Part shown: one piece after another, positions 10,239 to 20,682 of the stretch
Layout of the letters: every line of letters begins with the position of its first letter
Position numbering within the stretch: position 1 is the stretch's first letter
Origin: Actinomycetota bacterium
Lineage (GTDB): Bacteria; Actinomycetota; Aquicultoria; Subteraquimicrobiales; Subteraquimicrobiaceae
Direction: 5' to 3'
NCBI GenBank assembly: GCA_030018275.1
Contig: JASEGB010000008.1
Span: forward strand, 6,353 to 70,352
Length of the DNA stretch: 64,000 nt
Notes under the pieces: model-generated
Database searches by the model: none
Seen by the model: only the letters and a program-made list of their open reading frames with translations
What the model was told of the DNA's origin: nothing
Program-made: the position numbers and the translations under genes

Positions 10239-11177
10239 TTAACATTCGCTTAATTCGGTTAAAACCCGACGGGCCTCCGTGACGATATCGCTTATGATCT
10301 CTCGAGCGCTTTTAATTTCATGTATCAATCCAGCACATTGACCAGCCATTACACTTCCCCATTCTACATCGCCTTCGCGCATGGCCAATCGGAGCTTGCC
10401 CACCCCCATTTTCTCTAAATCCTCACCACGACCCTCCGCATCCATCTTTTGAAACTGCTTAGCCAGCTTATTTTTGAGTACCCGCACAGGATGTCCTGTG
10501 GAATATCCAGTAACCACTGTATCTCTGTTCCTGGCTTTGACCACTTTCCCCTTGACGTTTGGATGAATGATACACTCTTCAGCACACATAAACCTTGTTC
10601 CCATCTGAACACCCTTAGCGCCCAGGGCAAGGGCAGCAGCCAATCCTCTTCCATCTGCGATTCCGCCGGCTGCAATGACTGGGATGTTTACCACATCCAC
10701 AACCTGCGGTACCAATACCATAGTGGTTAAATCTCCGATATGTCCCCCTGCCTCCATTCCTTCAGCAATTATCGCATCGGCTCCCACCCCCTCCAGTCGC
10801 TGTGCTAGAACAACGGAGGCGCATACGGGTAGAACTTTTATATTCCTTTCCTTTAAAGCGGGCATATGCCGTCCTGGATTTCCCGCGCCCGTCGTCACAA
10901 TGGGTACTTCTTCTTTTAAAACGACTTTGAACAGTTCGTCTACATGCGGGGCAAGTAGCATGAGGTTTACACCAAAAGGTTTATCCGTGAGCTCCTTTGC
11001 CTTGAGGATTTCCCTTTCCAATTCCGCAGCGGGCATGTGCCCGGCACCAATAATCCCTAAACCACCTGCATTTGAAACAGCAGCTGCCAATTCGGCTGTG
11101 GCAACCCAGGCCATCCCTCCTTGTATAATGGGAAACTCTATCCCTAGCAGATCGCAAATCTCAGTCCTAAAGTCCAT
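10239..11177 (-). CDS. fabK: Enoyl-ACP reductase II
   Basis: PIIQGGM, AEGMEAGGH, AAGGIADG, GVQMGTRF; ATG 11177 follows AAGGAGG. Confidence 0.93.
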   Translation of the reverse strand: MDFRTEICDLLGIEFPIIQGGMAWVATAELAAAVSNAGGLGIIGAGHMPAAELEREILKAKELTDKPFGVNLMLLAPHVDELFKVVLKEEVPIVTTGAGNPGRHMPALKERNIKVLPVCASVVLAQRLEGVGADAIIAEGMEAGGHIGDLTTMVLVPQVVDVVNIPVIAAGGIADGRGLAAALALGAKGVQMGTRFMCAEECIIHPNVKGKVVKARNRDTVVTGYSTGHPVRVLKNKLAKQFQKMDAEGRGEDLEKMGVGKLRLAMREGDVEWGSVMAGQCAGLIHEIKSAREIISDIVTEARRVLTELSEC

Positions 11178-12198
11178 TGGTGACCTCCTTGCTCCATCGG
11201 ACCACATTTGCTCCCCAGGTGAGTCCGGCACCGAATCCAACGAAGAGTAAAATGTCTCCCCGCTTTAATTTCCTTCCTCGCCAAATTTCATCCAAAGCTA
11301 GAGGAATGGAAGCAGTAGAAGTATTTCCGTATTTGTGAATGTTGGTGACCACTTTGTCTGGACTGATCTTTAATTTTTCCACTGCCGTCTCAATAATACG
11401 CTTGTTCGCTTGATGGGGGATGAAATAATCTACATCCTCGATAGAAAGATTGGCTAAATTTAGTGCTCCTTTCGCTGCATCTGAAATGGCACGAACGGCG
11501 AATTTAAATACTTCATTGCCACTCATATGAATGTGGTGGAGTCCAGCTTTGACGGATTTTTCACTTCCGGGAATGAGAGCACCACCAGCTGGTATCTTGA
11601 GTAAATCTGAACCAGAGCCATCGGCGGCCAAATAGTTGGCCAATATCCCATATCCTTCTTCAGCACGTTGAAGAACTACTGCTCCTGCACCGTCTCCAAA
11701 AAGTATGCAAGTAATTCTATCCAACCAGTTTACATAACGAGTTAGGGCATCAGCCCCAATGAGAAGAATCGTCTCAAATGTCCCCGTGGCTATGTATTGA
11801 GAGGCAACGGATAAACCGTAAATGAATCCGGTGCAAGCGGCAGAAATGTCAAAAGCGGGACAACTTGCTCCCAATTTATGCTGGGTAAGACAGGCGGTGG
11901 AGGGAAAAATCATATCGGGTGAAGCGGTAGCCACGATGATGAGATCAATATCTTCGGTATCAACATTAGCATCAATGAGGGCCTTTCGACCCGCTTCCGA
12001 TGCTAAATCTGAAGTACACATGGTTTCGTCGGCGATTCGTCTCTGGATGATACCAGTTCGGGTCTTAATCCATTCGTCGCTGGTGTCCACAATCTGCTCT
12101 AAATCAAAATTTGTTAACACTCTTTCGGGAACATAAGAGCCAATCCCCACTATTCCCACGGAAGGTTTAGAATTAATCTTATTCCCTCTCACGATCAT
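11167..12198 (-). CDS. fabH: 3-oxoacyl-ACP synthase III
   Basis: AACTGF, FIPHQAN, GNTSTAS, GFGAG; exact start uncertain. Confidence 0.96.
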   Translation of the reverse strand: MIVRGNKINSKPSVGIVGIGSYVPERVLTNFDLEQIVDTSDEWIKTRTGIIQRRIADETMCTSDLASEAGRKALIDANVDTEDIDLIIVATASPDMIFPSTACLTQHKLGASCPAFDISAACTGFIYGLSVASQYIATGTFETILLIGADALTRYVNWLDRITCILFGDGAGAVVLQRAEEGYGILANYLAADGSGSDLLKIPAGGALIPGSEKSVKAGLHHIHMSGNEVFKFAVRAISDAAKGALNLANLSIEDVDYFIPHQANKRIIETAVEKLKISPDKVVTNIHKYGNTSTASIPLALDEIWRGRKLKRGDILLFVGFGAGLTWGANVVRWSKEVTNGL

Positions 12199-13183
12199 TT
12201 TCGATGCTTTCCTTTATTGCCAAGACAACATCTTTTCTAACGGTATCTGCAGCTAATCTTATCGAATTCTTGATGGCTTTTGCTTTAGAACTACCATGAC
12301 TGATGATACAAACCCCGTTTATGCCCAAAAGTTGAGCTCCACCGTATTCCTGATAATCGAGTTTTCTTTTCAACTTTTTGAGACCTGGGGCTAGAAGAAG
12401 TCCTCCCAATCTTGAGGCAAAGGATTCGGTAATAGTCGATTTCACCTTAGAGAAAAACATTTCTGCCATACCTTCCATCAATTTAAGAGCTACATTGCCT
12501 GTGAATCCATCACAAACTACGATATCCGCTTTTCCAAATAGAATGTCTCTCCCTTCCATATTACCTATGAACTTCAATTTGGATTTCTCCAATAGTCCAT
12601 AAGCCTCTTGAACTAGCTCATTTCCTTTACCTCTTTCCTCCCCTATATTTAGGATTCCGATGGAAGGATTCTCAATTCTCAGTACATTTGTGAGATAGGC
12701 TTGACCCATCTTAGCGAATTGGAATATGTTTTGAGGTTTACAATCCGTGGTAGCTCCAACATCCAGCAAAAGAACGGGTTTACTAGGAGTAGGAATGATG
12801 GTGGCAATAGCCGGCTTGGAAATTCCCTTGATGCGACCTAGAATCAAGAAAGCTGCACCGACAACAGCCCCAGTGTTGCCAGCAGAAACGATTGCATCTC
12901 CCTTTTTTTCCTGGACCAACTTCATTCCTACAACTATAGAGGAATTTTTCTTGGCTCTCACTGCCCAAGAGGGGTTTTCGCCCATTTCAATTACTTCAGG
13001 AGCCGCTTCAATGGTAATATTACCGGGGGCACCAAACCCGGTCAGCTTGTCCTCTAAGATATCAAGACGACCCACCAATGTTAGTTCAACGCCGGTTTCT
13101 TCCTTGGCAGCCAGAATTGCTCCCTTAACAATCTCCTCTGGAGCATAGTCGCCTCCCATTGCATCTACTGCTATTCTCACCAT
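12179..13183 (-). CDS. plsX: Phosphate acyltransferase PlsX
   Basis: IAVDAMGGDYAP, SAGNTGA, VCDGFTGN, SHGSS. Confidence 0.97.
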   Translation of the reverse strand: MVRIAVDAMGGDYAPEEIVKGAILAAKEETGVELTLVGRLDILEDKLTGFGAPGNITIEAAPEVIEMGENPSWAVRAKKNSSIVVGMKLVQEKKGDAIVSAGNTGAVVGAAFLILGRIKGISKPAIATIIPTPSKPVLLLDVGATTDCKPQNIFQFAKMGQAYLTNVLRIENPSIGILNIGEERGKGNELVQEAYGLLEKSKLKFIGNMEGRDILFGKADIVVCDGFTGNVALKLMEGMAEMFFSKVKSTITESFASRLGGLLLAPGLKKLKRKLDYQEYGGAQLLGINGVCIISHGSSKAKAIKNSIRLAADTVRKDVVLAIKESIENDRERE

Positions 13184-13222
13184 CTTATCCCCAAATGCCA
13201 GTGCAATCCCTCTTCCATGAAT

Positions 13223-13399
13223 TTATTCTATTTCCATTACGCGTTTGCCGCCGTAATAACCGCAGTTCGGACAAACGCGGTGAGCTAGTTTTGGTTGATG
13301 GCACTGTGGGCATTCCAAGAAAGTGGGCATGGAAATCCTCCAATGTGCTCGTCTCTTACCTCGTCTGGATTTGGATATCTTTCTTTTTGGAACAGCCAT
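13223..13399 (-). CDS. rpmF: 50S ribosomal protein L32 (Zn-ribbon type)
   Basis: Hand translation MAVPKRKISKSRRGKRRAHW...CPQC...HRVCPNCGYY; 58 aa, not in ORF track. Confidence 0.97.
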   Translation of the reverse strand: MAVPKRKISKSRRGKRRAHWRISMPTFLECPQCHQPKLAHRVCPNCGYYGGKRVMEIE

Positions 13400-13489
13400 T
13401 TTTACCCCCGTTCATAGTCGGTGGTTTTAAACCATTGATTATAGGCTATCGACAATTGACTGAATTTAACTCTATCGATCACCGATGAT

Positions 13490-14029
13490 TTACTTCTTCA
13501 GTAATTTCTTAAGGATTAAGAATCGAGAATTGATTTCTTGCTTTGAACAATCACACATCCCCTCGTTTAAATTCTTTCCACATATTGGGCACAAACCTTT
13601 GCATTTGGGATTGCAAAGTACCTTCATGGGAATGACCAACAAAAATGCCTGTTCAATGACTGGAGCTAGATCTACCCTCTCGCCCATGATGGGAAAGGTT
13701 TCACTTTCCTCAAGCTCTTGTGATTTTGATGGATGGCAGAATATTTCCTCTATCTTCACTTTCATAGGACAAGCAAATTCTTTAAGACAGCGGTTGCATT
13801 GCAGAATTAAAGTTCCTTCAGCGGTTCCTTGAGCGAGCACGCCGGAGTCCACATTCTCAAGGGTTAAATTCAAATCCACTGGTTTGGCGAATTTGACCTC
13901 CCGCGTTCCCAGGTTTAGAGGGGAAAATTCCTTGCTCATCTTGATCTCCAATTCTTTTCCCAATTCTCTTAATAAATCGGATACATCAATTATTAATTCA
14001 GCCACTTTTCTCCTTTCCTCATTAGACAA
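13490..14029 (-). CDS. yceD: YceD/DUF177 family protein
   Basis: CNRCL and CNPKCKGLCPICG motifs; immediately upstream of rpmF. Confidence 0.9.
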   Translation of the reverse strand: MSNEERRKVAELIIDVSDLLRELGKELEIKMSKEFSPLNLGTREVKFAKPVDLNLTLENVDSGVLAQGTAEGTLILQCNRCLKEFACPMKVKIEEIFCHPSKSQELEESETFPIMGERVDLAPVIEQAFLLVIPMKVLCNPKCKGLCPICGKNLNEGMCDCSKQEINSRFLILKKLLKK

Positions 14030-14167
14030 AAATTATATCATAATCTTGCATCCGCTAAAGTTTAATCCCAAAAAATCGAAAAAATTCTTGTGGAAGGGGA
14101 AGGATACACAAGAACTTTGAAATTAAGATCGGGAAAATAAAGGTTTTATCACCGATAAAAAGGACTT

Positions 14168-14626
14168 TCAGCTTTTGGATTCCATCTTCCCTTGAAGTCT
14201 ATCTCTTCCTCTTTGCACAGCTGTGAGGAGTTTTCCCAGATTTACCTCTAGATTGGCGAGCATCTCATCAGCATAATCCTCAGCGCCCAATCGAATTTCT
14301 CTCTCCTTTGTTCTGGCCATTTCAATGATTTCCGCCGCTTTTTGCTCAGCCAATTTTACAATTTCGGTTTCGGATGTGATGGCTTGTGCCTTCTGTCTAG
14401 CCTCATCTATGATGCGATTCGCTTCCTTCTCTGCTTCCGCCAGCATCTCCTGTCTTTCCTTTACAATCCAGCGAGCTTGTTTTAACTCTTCGGGAAGCGT
14501 ACCCCGCACCTGATCAATGATTTCATAAAGCTTTTGTTCGCTAATTACAACGCTTGAACTAAGTGGAACCTTTTTGCCACGAGCGATAAGATCTTCCAAT
14601 TTGTCGATTAGAGCCATGATATCCAT
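14168..14626 (-). CDS. Conserved coiled-coil protein (DivIVA/ATPase-subunit-like) of the coaD neighbourhood
   Basis: LEDLIARGKKVPL..LPEELKQARWIVKER pattern; follows coaD. Confidence 0.75.
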   Translation of the reverse strand: MDIMALIDKLEDLIARGKKVPLSSSVVISEQKLYEIIDQVRGTLPEELKQARWIVKERQEMLAEAEKEANRIIDEARQKAQAITSETEIVKLAEQKAAEIIEMARTKEREIRLGAEDYADEMLANLEVNLGKLLTAVQRGRDRLQGKMESKS

Positions 14627-14628
14627 GG

Positions 14629-15126
14629 TTATAGACCCCCTCTCTTTGATGGAGAGTGTATTTTGAGCAAGCTCTCTTCAACTTCCGAAGGAACAAGTCC
14701 TTTGACGCAACCGCCGTATTCGGCTATCTCCTTTACAGCACTGGAACTCAAGTAGGCACATTCTGGGCTAGCCATCATGAATAGAGTTTCAATTGTGGGA
14801 TCGAGCTTTCGATTGAGTTGAGCCATTTGAAATTCGTGTTCAAAATCGGAGACTGCTCTCAAACCCCTAATTATTACATGAGCATTGTGTTTCCTGGCAA
14901 ATTCAACAACTAAAGTATCAAAGGTATCGACGACGACATTCTTCATGCCTGAGGTGGCGTTCGTTGCGAATCTTATTCTTTCCTCCAATGAGAAAAGTGG
15001 CTTTTTGGGAGGGCTTTTAGCTATGCCCACTACGACTTTATCGTAAAGATTAAGGGCTCTTTCGATTATATCCAGGTGTCCTGTAGTAATGGGATCATAA
15101 CTTCCTGGACAAACTGCTACTCGCAT
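14629..15126 (-). CDS. coaD: Phosphopantetheine adenylyltransferase
   Basis: PGSYDPITTGH, RGLRAVSDFE; start at MRVAV. Confidence 0.97.
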   Translation of the reverse strand: MRVAVCPGSYDPITTGHLDIIERALNLYDKVVVGIAKSPPKKPLFSLEERIRFATNATSGMKNVVVDTFDTLVVEFARKHNAHVIIRGLRAVSDFEHEFQMAQLNRKLDPTIETLFMMASPECAYLSSSAVKEIAEYGGCVKGLVPSEVEESLLKIHSPSKRGGL

Positions 15127-15187
15127 GGTGGCCTCCTTAAATTCAAATTTCTCCCTCGCCTTTGTGGAATTTATATCTATTTTCTCA

Positions 15188-15760
15188 TTAGCATCTGGGG
15201 TGTTCGCCACATTTGATCTTACTGTAAAAACTCAACGCTGTATCCCCATATCTCCGAGTAAATTGAATTTCCAAATTTTCATTGGGAATCGGAGCCCTGC
15301 GAGAAGAATGTTCTAAAACCGCTACTCCTTCAGGAGCCAGAAAACCTGCGATTTTGTTAAGGACTGAATTTAATTCGACAACGTTAATTTTATAGGGAGG
15401 GTCTAGAAAAATCAAATTAAATTCTTCATTTTCCTCAAGTAGACGCTTAACAATTTCCTCAACCTTATTCTTAAGGATTCTAGCTTTTTGGGAAAAACCC
15501 GTGTGTTCTAAATTTCTCTTTAAAGCCCGAATTGAGGAGGGATTATCATCCACAAAAACCGCAAATTCCGCTCCTCTACTCAAGGCTTCGATACCAAGGC
15601 TACCCGCCCCCGCATATAAATCAAGGACTTTGGATTCCTTGACTTTTTCTCCAAGGATATCAAAGAGCGCCTCCTTTATCCTATCCGCGGTGGGACGTAC
15701 CTCTCTTCCCCTTGGAGCTACTAATTTCCTTCCCCTCGCAATACCTGCAATAACCCTCAT
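15188..15760 (-). CDS. rsmD: 16S rRNA m2G966 methyltransferase
   Basis: MRVIAG, RPTADRIKEALF, DLYAGAG, LDPPY. Confidence 0.95.
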   Translation of the reverse strand: MRVIAGIARGRKLVAPRGREVRPTADRIKEALFDILGEKVKESKVLDLYAGAGSLGIEALSRGAEFAVFVDDNPSSIRALKRNLEHTGFSQKARILKNKVEEIVKRLLEENEEFNLIFLDPPYKINVVELNSVLNKIAGFLAPEGVAVLEHSSRRAPIPNENLEIQFTRRYGDTALSFYSKIKCGEHPRC

Positions 15761-15779
15761 CTAAAATCAGTTCGTTATA

Positions 15780-18182
15780 TTAGCTGTGGAATAGCCACTC
15801 TAAATTAGCTGCAAATTTCCTTTTTACCTCGCCTAACAATAAACGATGTTCCAGTTGGGATAAATTGGGGTCACCTTCAACCAATTCAAATGCCTCTTTT
15901 CTGGCTTTTAAGAGGATGTTGATATCCCTTGTGAGTTTAGCCAGTTTTAAATCGGGCAGACCCGATTGACGGGTACCAAAAAGCTCACCTTCGCCACGGA
16001 TTTCAAGATCGGCTTCGGCGAGTTTAAAACCATCGATAATATTTCCAATGGCCTCAATGCGTCTTTTGCCTTCATCAGTAACCGGATCGGCGAAGAGGAT
16101 GCAGTAAGATTTATACTTTCCCCTACCGATTCTACCTCTTAATTGATGCAGTTGAGCCAGACCGAACCGTTCAGCGTCCTCGATTATCATGACTGAGGCA
16201 TTGGGTACATCGATGCCCACTTCTATGACCGTCGTCGAGATGAGTATATCCAGTGAACCATCTCGGAACTTTCGCATGACTTCTTCCTTCTCCGCAGGTT
16301 TAAGCTTGCCGTGGATGAAACCAACTCTTAAGTCGGGGAAGATTTGAGTTCTAAGCCTCTCGACTTCTTCCATCACCGCTTTTACCTCTAATTTATCGGA
16401 CTCCTCAATTAGAGGACAAATGATATAGCCCTGTCGCCCTCGTTTTATTTCGCTTTTCATCTTCTCATAAGCCCACCGTCGATGTTCGCGATCACAAATG
16501 ATGGTTTCCACATGTTCCGCTAGCTTTCTTCCCTTGGGAAGTTCACGAATGATGGATACATCTAAATCGCCGTAGAGAGTGAGGGAAAGCGTTCGAGGGA
16601 TCGGAGTAGCCGTCATGATGAGAACATCTGGATTATATCCTCGCCCGCCGTGTTTTGGGGCCTTTTCCTTTAAGTTCACTCTTTGCCTCACCCCGAATCG
16701 ATGTTGTTCATCGATTACCGCCAATCCCAAAGATTTAAACTGAACTCCTTCTTGAATGAGGGAATGGGTGCCCACGACGAGATGCACCTCTCCTTGGCGG
16801 ATTTTCTCTTGAATCTCCCCTTTCTCTTTGGGGGATGTACTCCCAGTAAGCAGGGTTACCCTAATACCAAGGGACTCTACCAAATCTCTAATTTTGTGGA
16901 AATGTTGCTCGGCTAAAACCTCGGTGGGAACCATTATTGCCCCTTGATGCCCATTTTGGATGGTGATGAGCAAAGCGGCTACAGCAACAATGGTCTTTCC
17001 CGATCCCACTTCTCCTTGCAAAAGTCGATTCATGGGATGGGGACTGGCTAAGTCTTCCTGTATCTCGGCGATTGCTCTTTTTTGATCTCCGGTTAGTTCG
17101 TAAGGCAATGATGAATAAAAATTCTTTAGGAGCTCGCCTTCGATGATATGCCTGATTCCATTGGTCTCTCGCTCCAAACGCTTTTTTCGAATGGCTAAGC
17201 CAAGCTGCATCAGGAAAAGTTCCTCAAATAGAAGTCTTGATCTCGCCCTGTGGCATAAGGATTCCGTAGTTGGGAAATGAATTTCTTGAAGGGCAAGGGA
17301 TCTGGGGAGTAAATCAAACTTTACGCGGAGCCAGGCTGGAAGAGCATCAGGTAAATCTGCATAATTGTCTATCAGGCATTTTATAATCCGACGTATCATA
17401 CCTACTGAAAGTTTCTGTGTGGCTGGATGTAAGGGCACGATTCTACTGGTGTGAACGGTATCCTGTCCTAAATCCGTCTTCTCGTCGAGAATATCGAAGA
17501 GCGGACTTTCGATCTGTAACTGTCCAAACCTGTAGGAAACTTTTCCACTGAAGGCAACGATTGTTCCTCCCCTTAATCTTTCAGCAATAGAGTTCTGATA
17601 ATCATATCGAGCGGAGGCTTTTGAGAACCATACTCCATAAAGGTAAGCTGTTCCATCATAGATTCCAATGTTTAACAATCGAGTGCCCCTACGCCCTTTA
17701 ACCCGGCGGATGGCTCGTACAACGCCCACTACGGTGACTTCTTCTCCCACTTTAACATCTGAAATCGCCCTCAACTTGGCCAGATTTAAATAGCGGTAGG
17801 GAAAATGATATAATAAATCCTCAATATCCTCAATATTGAGCCGTTTTAGATACCGAGCATTGGCAGCCCCCACATATTTTAATGAGCGGACGGGGGAGTC
17901 GAGGAAAATCTGGTTGTGAGATAATCTTCGCTTCGGAAGAGATTCATCGAGAAGGAATTTTGTAGAATCAAATCTATTCAGTAAGATTAACCGATACGGA
18001 ATTGAAATCTTCGAATAATTCCGAAATGCCTCGGAAAATTGCTCATCCAGATTTCTTGATATAATACTCTCCTTATTTTTTAAATAGCTACCAAAACCTC
18101 CGATTACTGCATTATTTTGAGCTCCTAACCTTTTCTCTAACGCTAGAGCTTTAAAGATACCGTGGACGGAGCCTGCCTCCAA
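15780..18182 (-). CDS. recG: ATP-dependent DNA helicase RecG
   Basis: QGEVGSGKT, DEQHRFG, TATPIPR, QLRGRIGRG. Confidence 0.97.
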   Translation of the reverse strand: MEAGSVHGIFKALALEKRLGAQNNAVIGGFGSYLKNKESIISRNLDEQFSEAFRNYSKISIPYRLILLNRFDSTKFLLDESLPKRRLSHNQIFLDSPVRSLKYVGAANARYLKRLNIEDIEDLLYHFPYRYLNLAKLRAISDVKVGEEVTVVGVVRAIRRVKGRRGTRLLNIGIYDGTAYLYGVWFSKASARYDYQNSIAERLRGGTIVAFSGKVSYRFGQLQIESPLFDILDEKTDLGQDTVHTSRIVPLHPATQKLSVGMIRRIIKCLIDNYADLPDALPAWLRVKFDLLPRSLALQEIHFPTTESLCHRARSRLLFEELFLMQLGLAIRKKRLERETNGIRHIIEGELLKNFYSSLPYELTGDQKRAIAEIQEDLASPHPMNRLLQGEVGSGKTIVAVAALLITIQNGHQGAIMVPTEVLAEQHFHKIRDLVESLGIRVTLLTGSTSPKEKGEIQEKIRQGEVHLVVGTHSLIQEGVQFKSLGLAVIDEQHRFGVRQRVNLKEKAPKHGGRGYNPDVLIMTATPIPRTLSLTLYGDLDVSIIRELPKGRKLAEHVETIICDREHRRWAYEKMKSEIKRGRQGYIICPLIEESDKLEVKAVMEEVERLRTQIFPDLRVGFIHGKLKPAEKEEVMRKFRDGSLDILISTTVIEVGIDVPNASVMIIEDAERFGLAQLHQLRGRIGRGKYKSYCILFADPVTDEGKRRIEAIGNIIDGFKLAEADLEIRGEGELFGTRQSGLPDLKLAKLTRDINILLKARKEAFELVEGDPNLSQLEHRLLLGEVKRKFAANLEWLFHS

Positions 18183-18240
18183 AATTTCCTCCTTATGATT
18201 CCACCTTTACTCAAAGGTGAATTGAACACACCCAAGCATC

Positions 18241-18468
18241 CTAGGAGTAATTCTTGCTTTGTTTATTATCATCGATGGACTCCAAATCATTTAAATCTTT
18301 CACGATTGCATCTACATCTACACCGTGCATTAAGGCCCCAATTTCAATGCTTTCCATAGTTGCTGCTACACAAGCGATACATCCCATGCCATGCTTTATG
18401 AAGATTTCCCTTGCCCTTGGGTGTGCTAGGAGAGCTTCTCGAATTCTCATCTCCTTGTTGAATTGCAT
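18241..18468 (-). CDS. DUF1858-domain small protein
   Basis: HP..IFIKHGMGCIAC..ESIE.GA.MHG pattern; AAGGAG upstream of ATG 18468. Confidence 0.8.
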   Translation of the reverse strand: MQFNKEMRIREALLAHPRAREIFIKHGMGCIACVAATMESIEIGALMHGVDVDAIVKDLNDLESIDDNKQSKNYS

Positions 18469-18631
18469 GGATCTCTCCTTCCCATCGAGAACCACCAAGG
18501 GATTACCAAATTTATTATACATCATAATCATTGACCCTCAAAGGGAGGTATTTTCTTGCCAAAATGGTAAGGTGATGTTATCCTTTTAGGGATTTCAATG
18601 GCCTTTATATGGGTTTATTGGGAGCGTAGAA

Positions 18632-18820
18632 ATGGCAAGAAGGTGTGAAATTTGCGGTAAGGTACCATCCCTTGGGTATAGGATCAGCCATTCGCATCGA
18701 AAAACTCCCCGGCGGTGGAGTCCAAACTTAAGAAAGGTTCGAGCGATAATAGATGGCTCGCCAAGAAAGATAAGTGTTTGTACCAAATGTCTTAAGGCAG
18801 GCAAAGTTGTAAGAGCTTGA
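18632..18820 (+). CDS. rpmB: 50S ribosomal protein L28
   Basis: MARRCEICGK..SHSHRKT.RRWSPNL..VCTKCLK. Confidence 0.97.
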   Translation: MARRCEICGKVPSLGYRISHSHRKTPRRWSPNLRKVRAIIDGSPRKISVCTKCLKAGKVVRA

Positions 18821-18845
18821 GTGGAAGCAAAGTTGGACTTGAAAC

Positions 18846-19634
18846 TCACCCCTTGATGGCCATTGGCAAAATTTGGGATCTTCCTTTACCTATTAAATAA
18901 GCGGATTTGATTTTTTGAAGTACATATTCCTCTGCTAGTTCGACGGCTTTTGGGACTTCCACACCCTGAGCGAGGTGAGCTGCCAAAGCGGAGGAAAAAA
19001 CGCAACCCGTCCCTCGGACATTTGATTCCACTTTTTCGTGCATGTATTCGTAATATGTAGTTCCATTCCACAGGATATCCATGCACTTTTCTCCCTCAAG
19101 ATGTCCTCCTTTAATCAATACCCACTCGGATCCAAAAAGGTGAATCGCCTGAGCAGCTCTTCGCATGTCGTCAAAATCCCTTATGGGAAATCCCGCCAAT
19201 TTTTGAGCCTCGGGGATGTTTGGTGTCACCACTTTCGCCAGTGGGAAGAGACGAACTCTCATCAAGGAAGAACCACTTGGTCCCAAAAGAATGGTACCAT
19301 CGGTGGCCTCAATAATCGGATCCACCACGAGGTTTTCAACTCCATAATCCTCAAAAATTTCCGCAATGGTTTTAACATTTTCCCTCGTTCCCAGCATTCC
19401 TATCTTAGCTGCATCCGGCCTGGCATCGGTGAGAATTGCCCTAATTTGATCACCGACGATTTGGTGAGAAACATTATGGATGGTCATTATCCCGGAGCTA
19501 TTTTGAGCGGTAACCGATGTTATCACGGAGAGAGGAAAAATCCCTAGTTCAAGGAGGTTGAAAATATCGGCTTGTATTCCCGCTCCCCCACTTGGATCCG
19601 AACCTCCTATGGTGAGCACCTTCCTGATTTGCAT
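18846..19634 (-). CDS. thiD: HMP/HMP-P kinase
   Basis: TIGGSDPSGGAGIQAD, TPNIPEA, RGTGC. Confidence 0.93.
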   Translation of the reverse strand: MQIRKVLTIGGSDPSGGAGIQADIFNLLELGIFPLSVITSVTAQNSSGIMTIHNVSHQIVGDQIRAILTDARPDAAKIGMLGTRENVKTIAEIFEDYGVENLVVDPIIEATDGTILLGPSGSSLMRVRLFPLAKVVTPNIPEAQKLAGFPIRDFDDMRRAAQAIHLFGSEWVLIKGGHLEGEKCMDILWNGTTYYEYMHEKVESNVRGTGCVFSSALAAHLAQGVEVPKAVELAEEYVLQKIKSAYLIGKGRSQILPMAIKG

Positions 19635-20650
19635 TTTTTATCTCCTCTCTTGAAATGTTCATAGCCAAACGTAGTAAGCTGAGAAACCTTTCCCTCTTTA
19701 TTGACTAAGCATATTCCCTCTTTTCGATCGACGATTTCCCCAACCTCCGTAACCAGGGTGCCCGTTTCCCCTAATAAGCAATTCTTTATCTCTTCCGCTT
19801 TAGATGGAGGTGCGGTGAACACTATCTCGTAGTCCTCTCCACCATAAAGTGCAAAATCCAATGGTTTCTTTCCCAGAGCCAAAGCTATTTCCCTTACTCC
19901 CTTGGCCACCGGAATTCGATAAGCAAGGATTCTTGCTCCCACTCGACTTTCCTCACAGATGTGATTAATCTCGCTTGCTAACCCGTCGCTTATATCCTCC
20001 ATGGCGTGAGCACCATGCTTTGAAGCGATTCTTGCCTCGACTACCCTTGGTATAGGTACTAGGTGAGCTCTCCTTAAGCTCTTCTCGTATCGAAAAGAGC
20101 CTTTAAACTGAGGATTCAGAAGTAGCTCTAATCCAGCTTTGGATGCACCTAGTCTCCCCGTGACTAAAATTTTATCTCCGATTGTAGCCTCGCTCCTTCT
20201 CCTAAGATATGCCGGTTCAACTTCGCCGATTATTGTGACGCTCAAGGTTATGTGGGGAGCCTCGGTGGTATCTCCCCCAACTAGTGTTAAATGGTATTTG
20301 CGTATTGCCTTCATCATCCCCCTGTAGATCGCCTCGGCGAATTCTACGCTTGTTTTAGTTTTTAAACCCATAGAAACTAAAGCAAAGCGAGGAATACCCG
20401 CCATGGCAGCAATATCACTGATGTTTATGGCCATTGCCTTGTAACCGAGCTCATTGGGGGAAGTAGTGTCCAATTTAAAGTGCACACCTTCGACGAGAAT
20501 ATCGGAGGTTAAGATCAATAATAGATTTGGATCAGAAGTCACCACCGCAGCGTCGTCTCCTATAGGAACAATGATGCGCTTATCCTTTACTGCAGCCATC
20601 TTTGAAATTCTCCTTATAAGACCAAACTCGCCAATATCCTCGATGAGCAT
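19607..20650 (-). CDS. thiL: Thiamine-monophosphate kinase
   Basis: GEFGLI, IGDDAA, EGVHF, NISDIAAMAG, DISDGL, GGEDYE. Confidence 0.96.
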   Translation of the reverse strand: MLIEDIGEFGLIRRISKMAAVKDKRIIVPIGDDAAVVTSDPNLLLILTSDILVEGVHFKLDTTSPNELGYKAMAINISDIAAMAGIPRFALVSMGLKTKTSVEFAEAIYRGMMKAIRKYHLTLVGGDTTEAPHITLSVTIIGEVEPAYLRRRSEATIGDKILVTGRLGASKAGLELLLNPQFKGSFRYEKSLRRAHLVPIPRVVEARIASKHGAHAMEDISDGLASEINHICEESRVGARILAYRIPVAKGVREIALALGKKPLDFALYGGEDYEIVFTAPPSKAEEIKNCLLGETGTLVTEVGEIVDRKEGICLVNKEGKVSQLTTFGYEHFKRGDKKCKSGRCSP

Positions 20651-20682
20651 GGTGACATCTAGTCCATTTCCTCAATATAGTT

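Noticed and set aside
13223-13399. Apparent frameshift or absence of rpmF
   Set aside because: Recount gives CCA AAA CTA in frame; the gene is intact and only below the ORF-track length cutoff.
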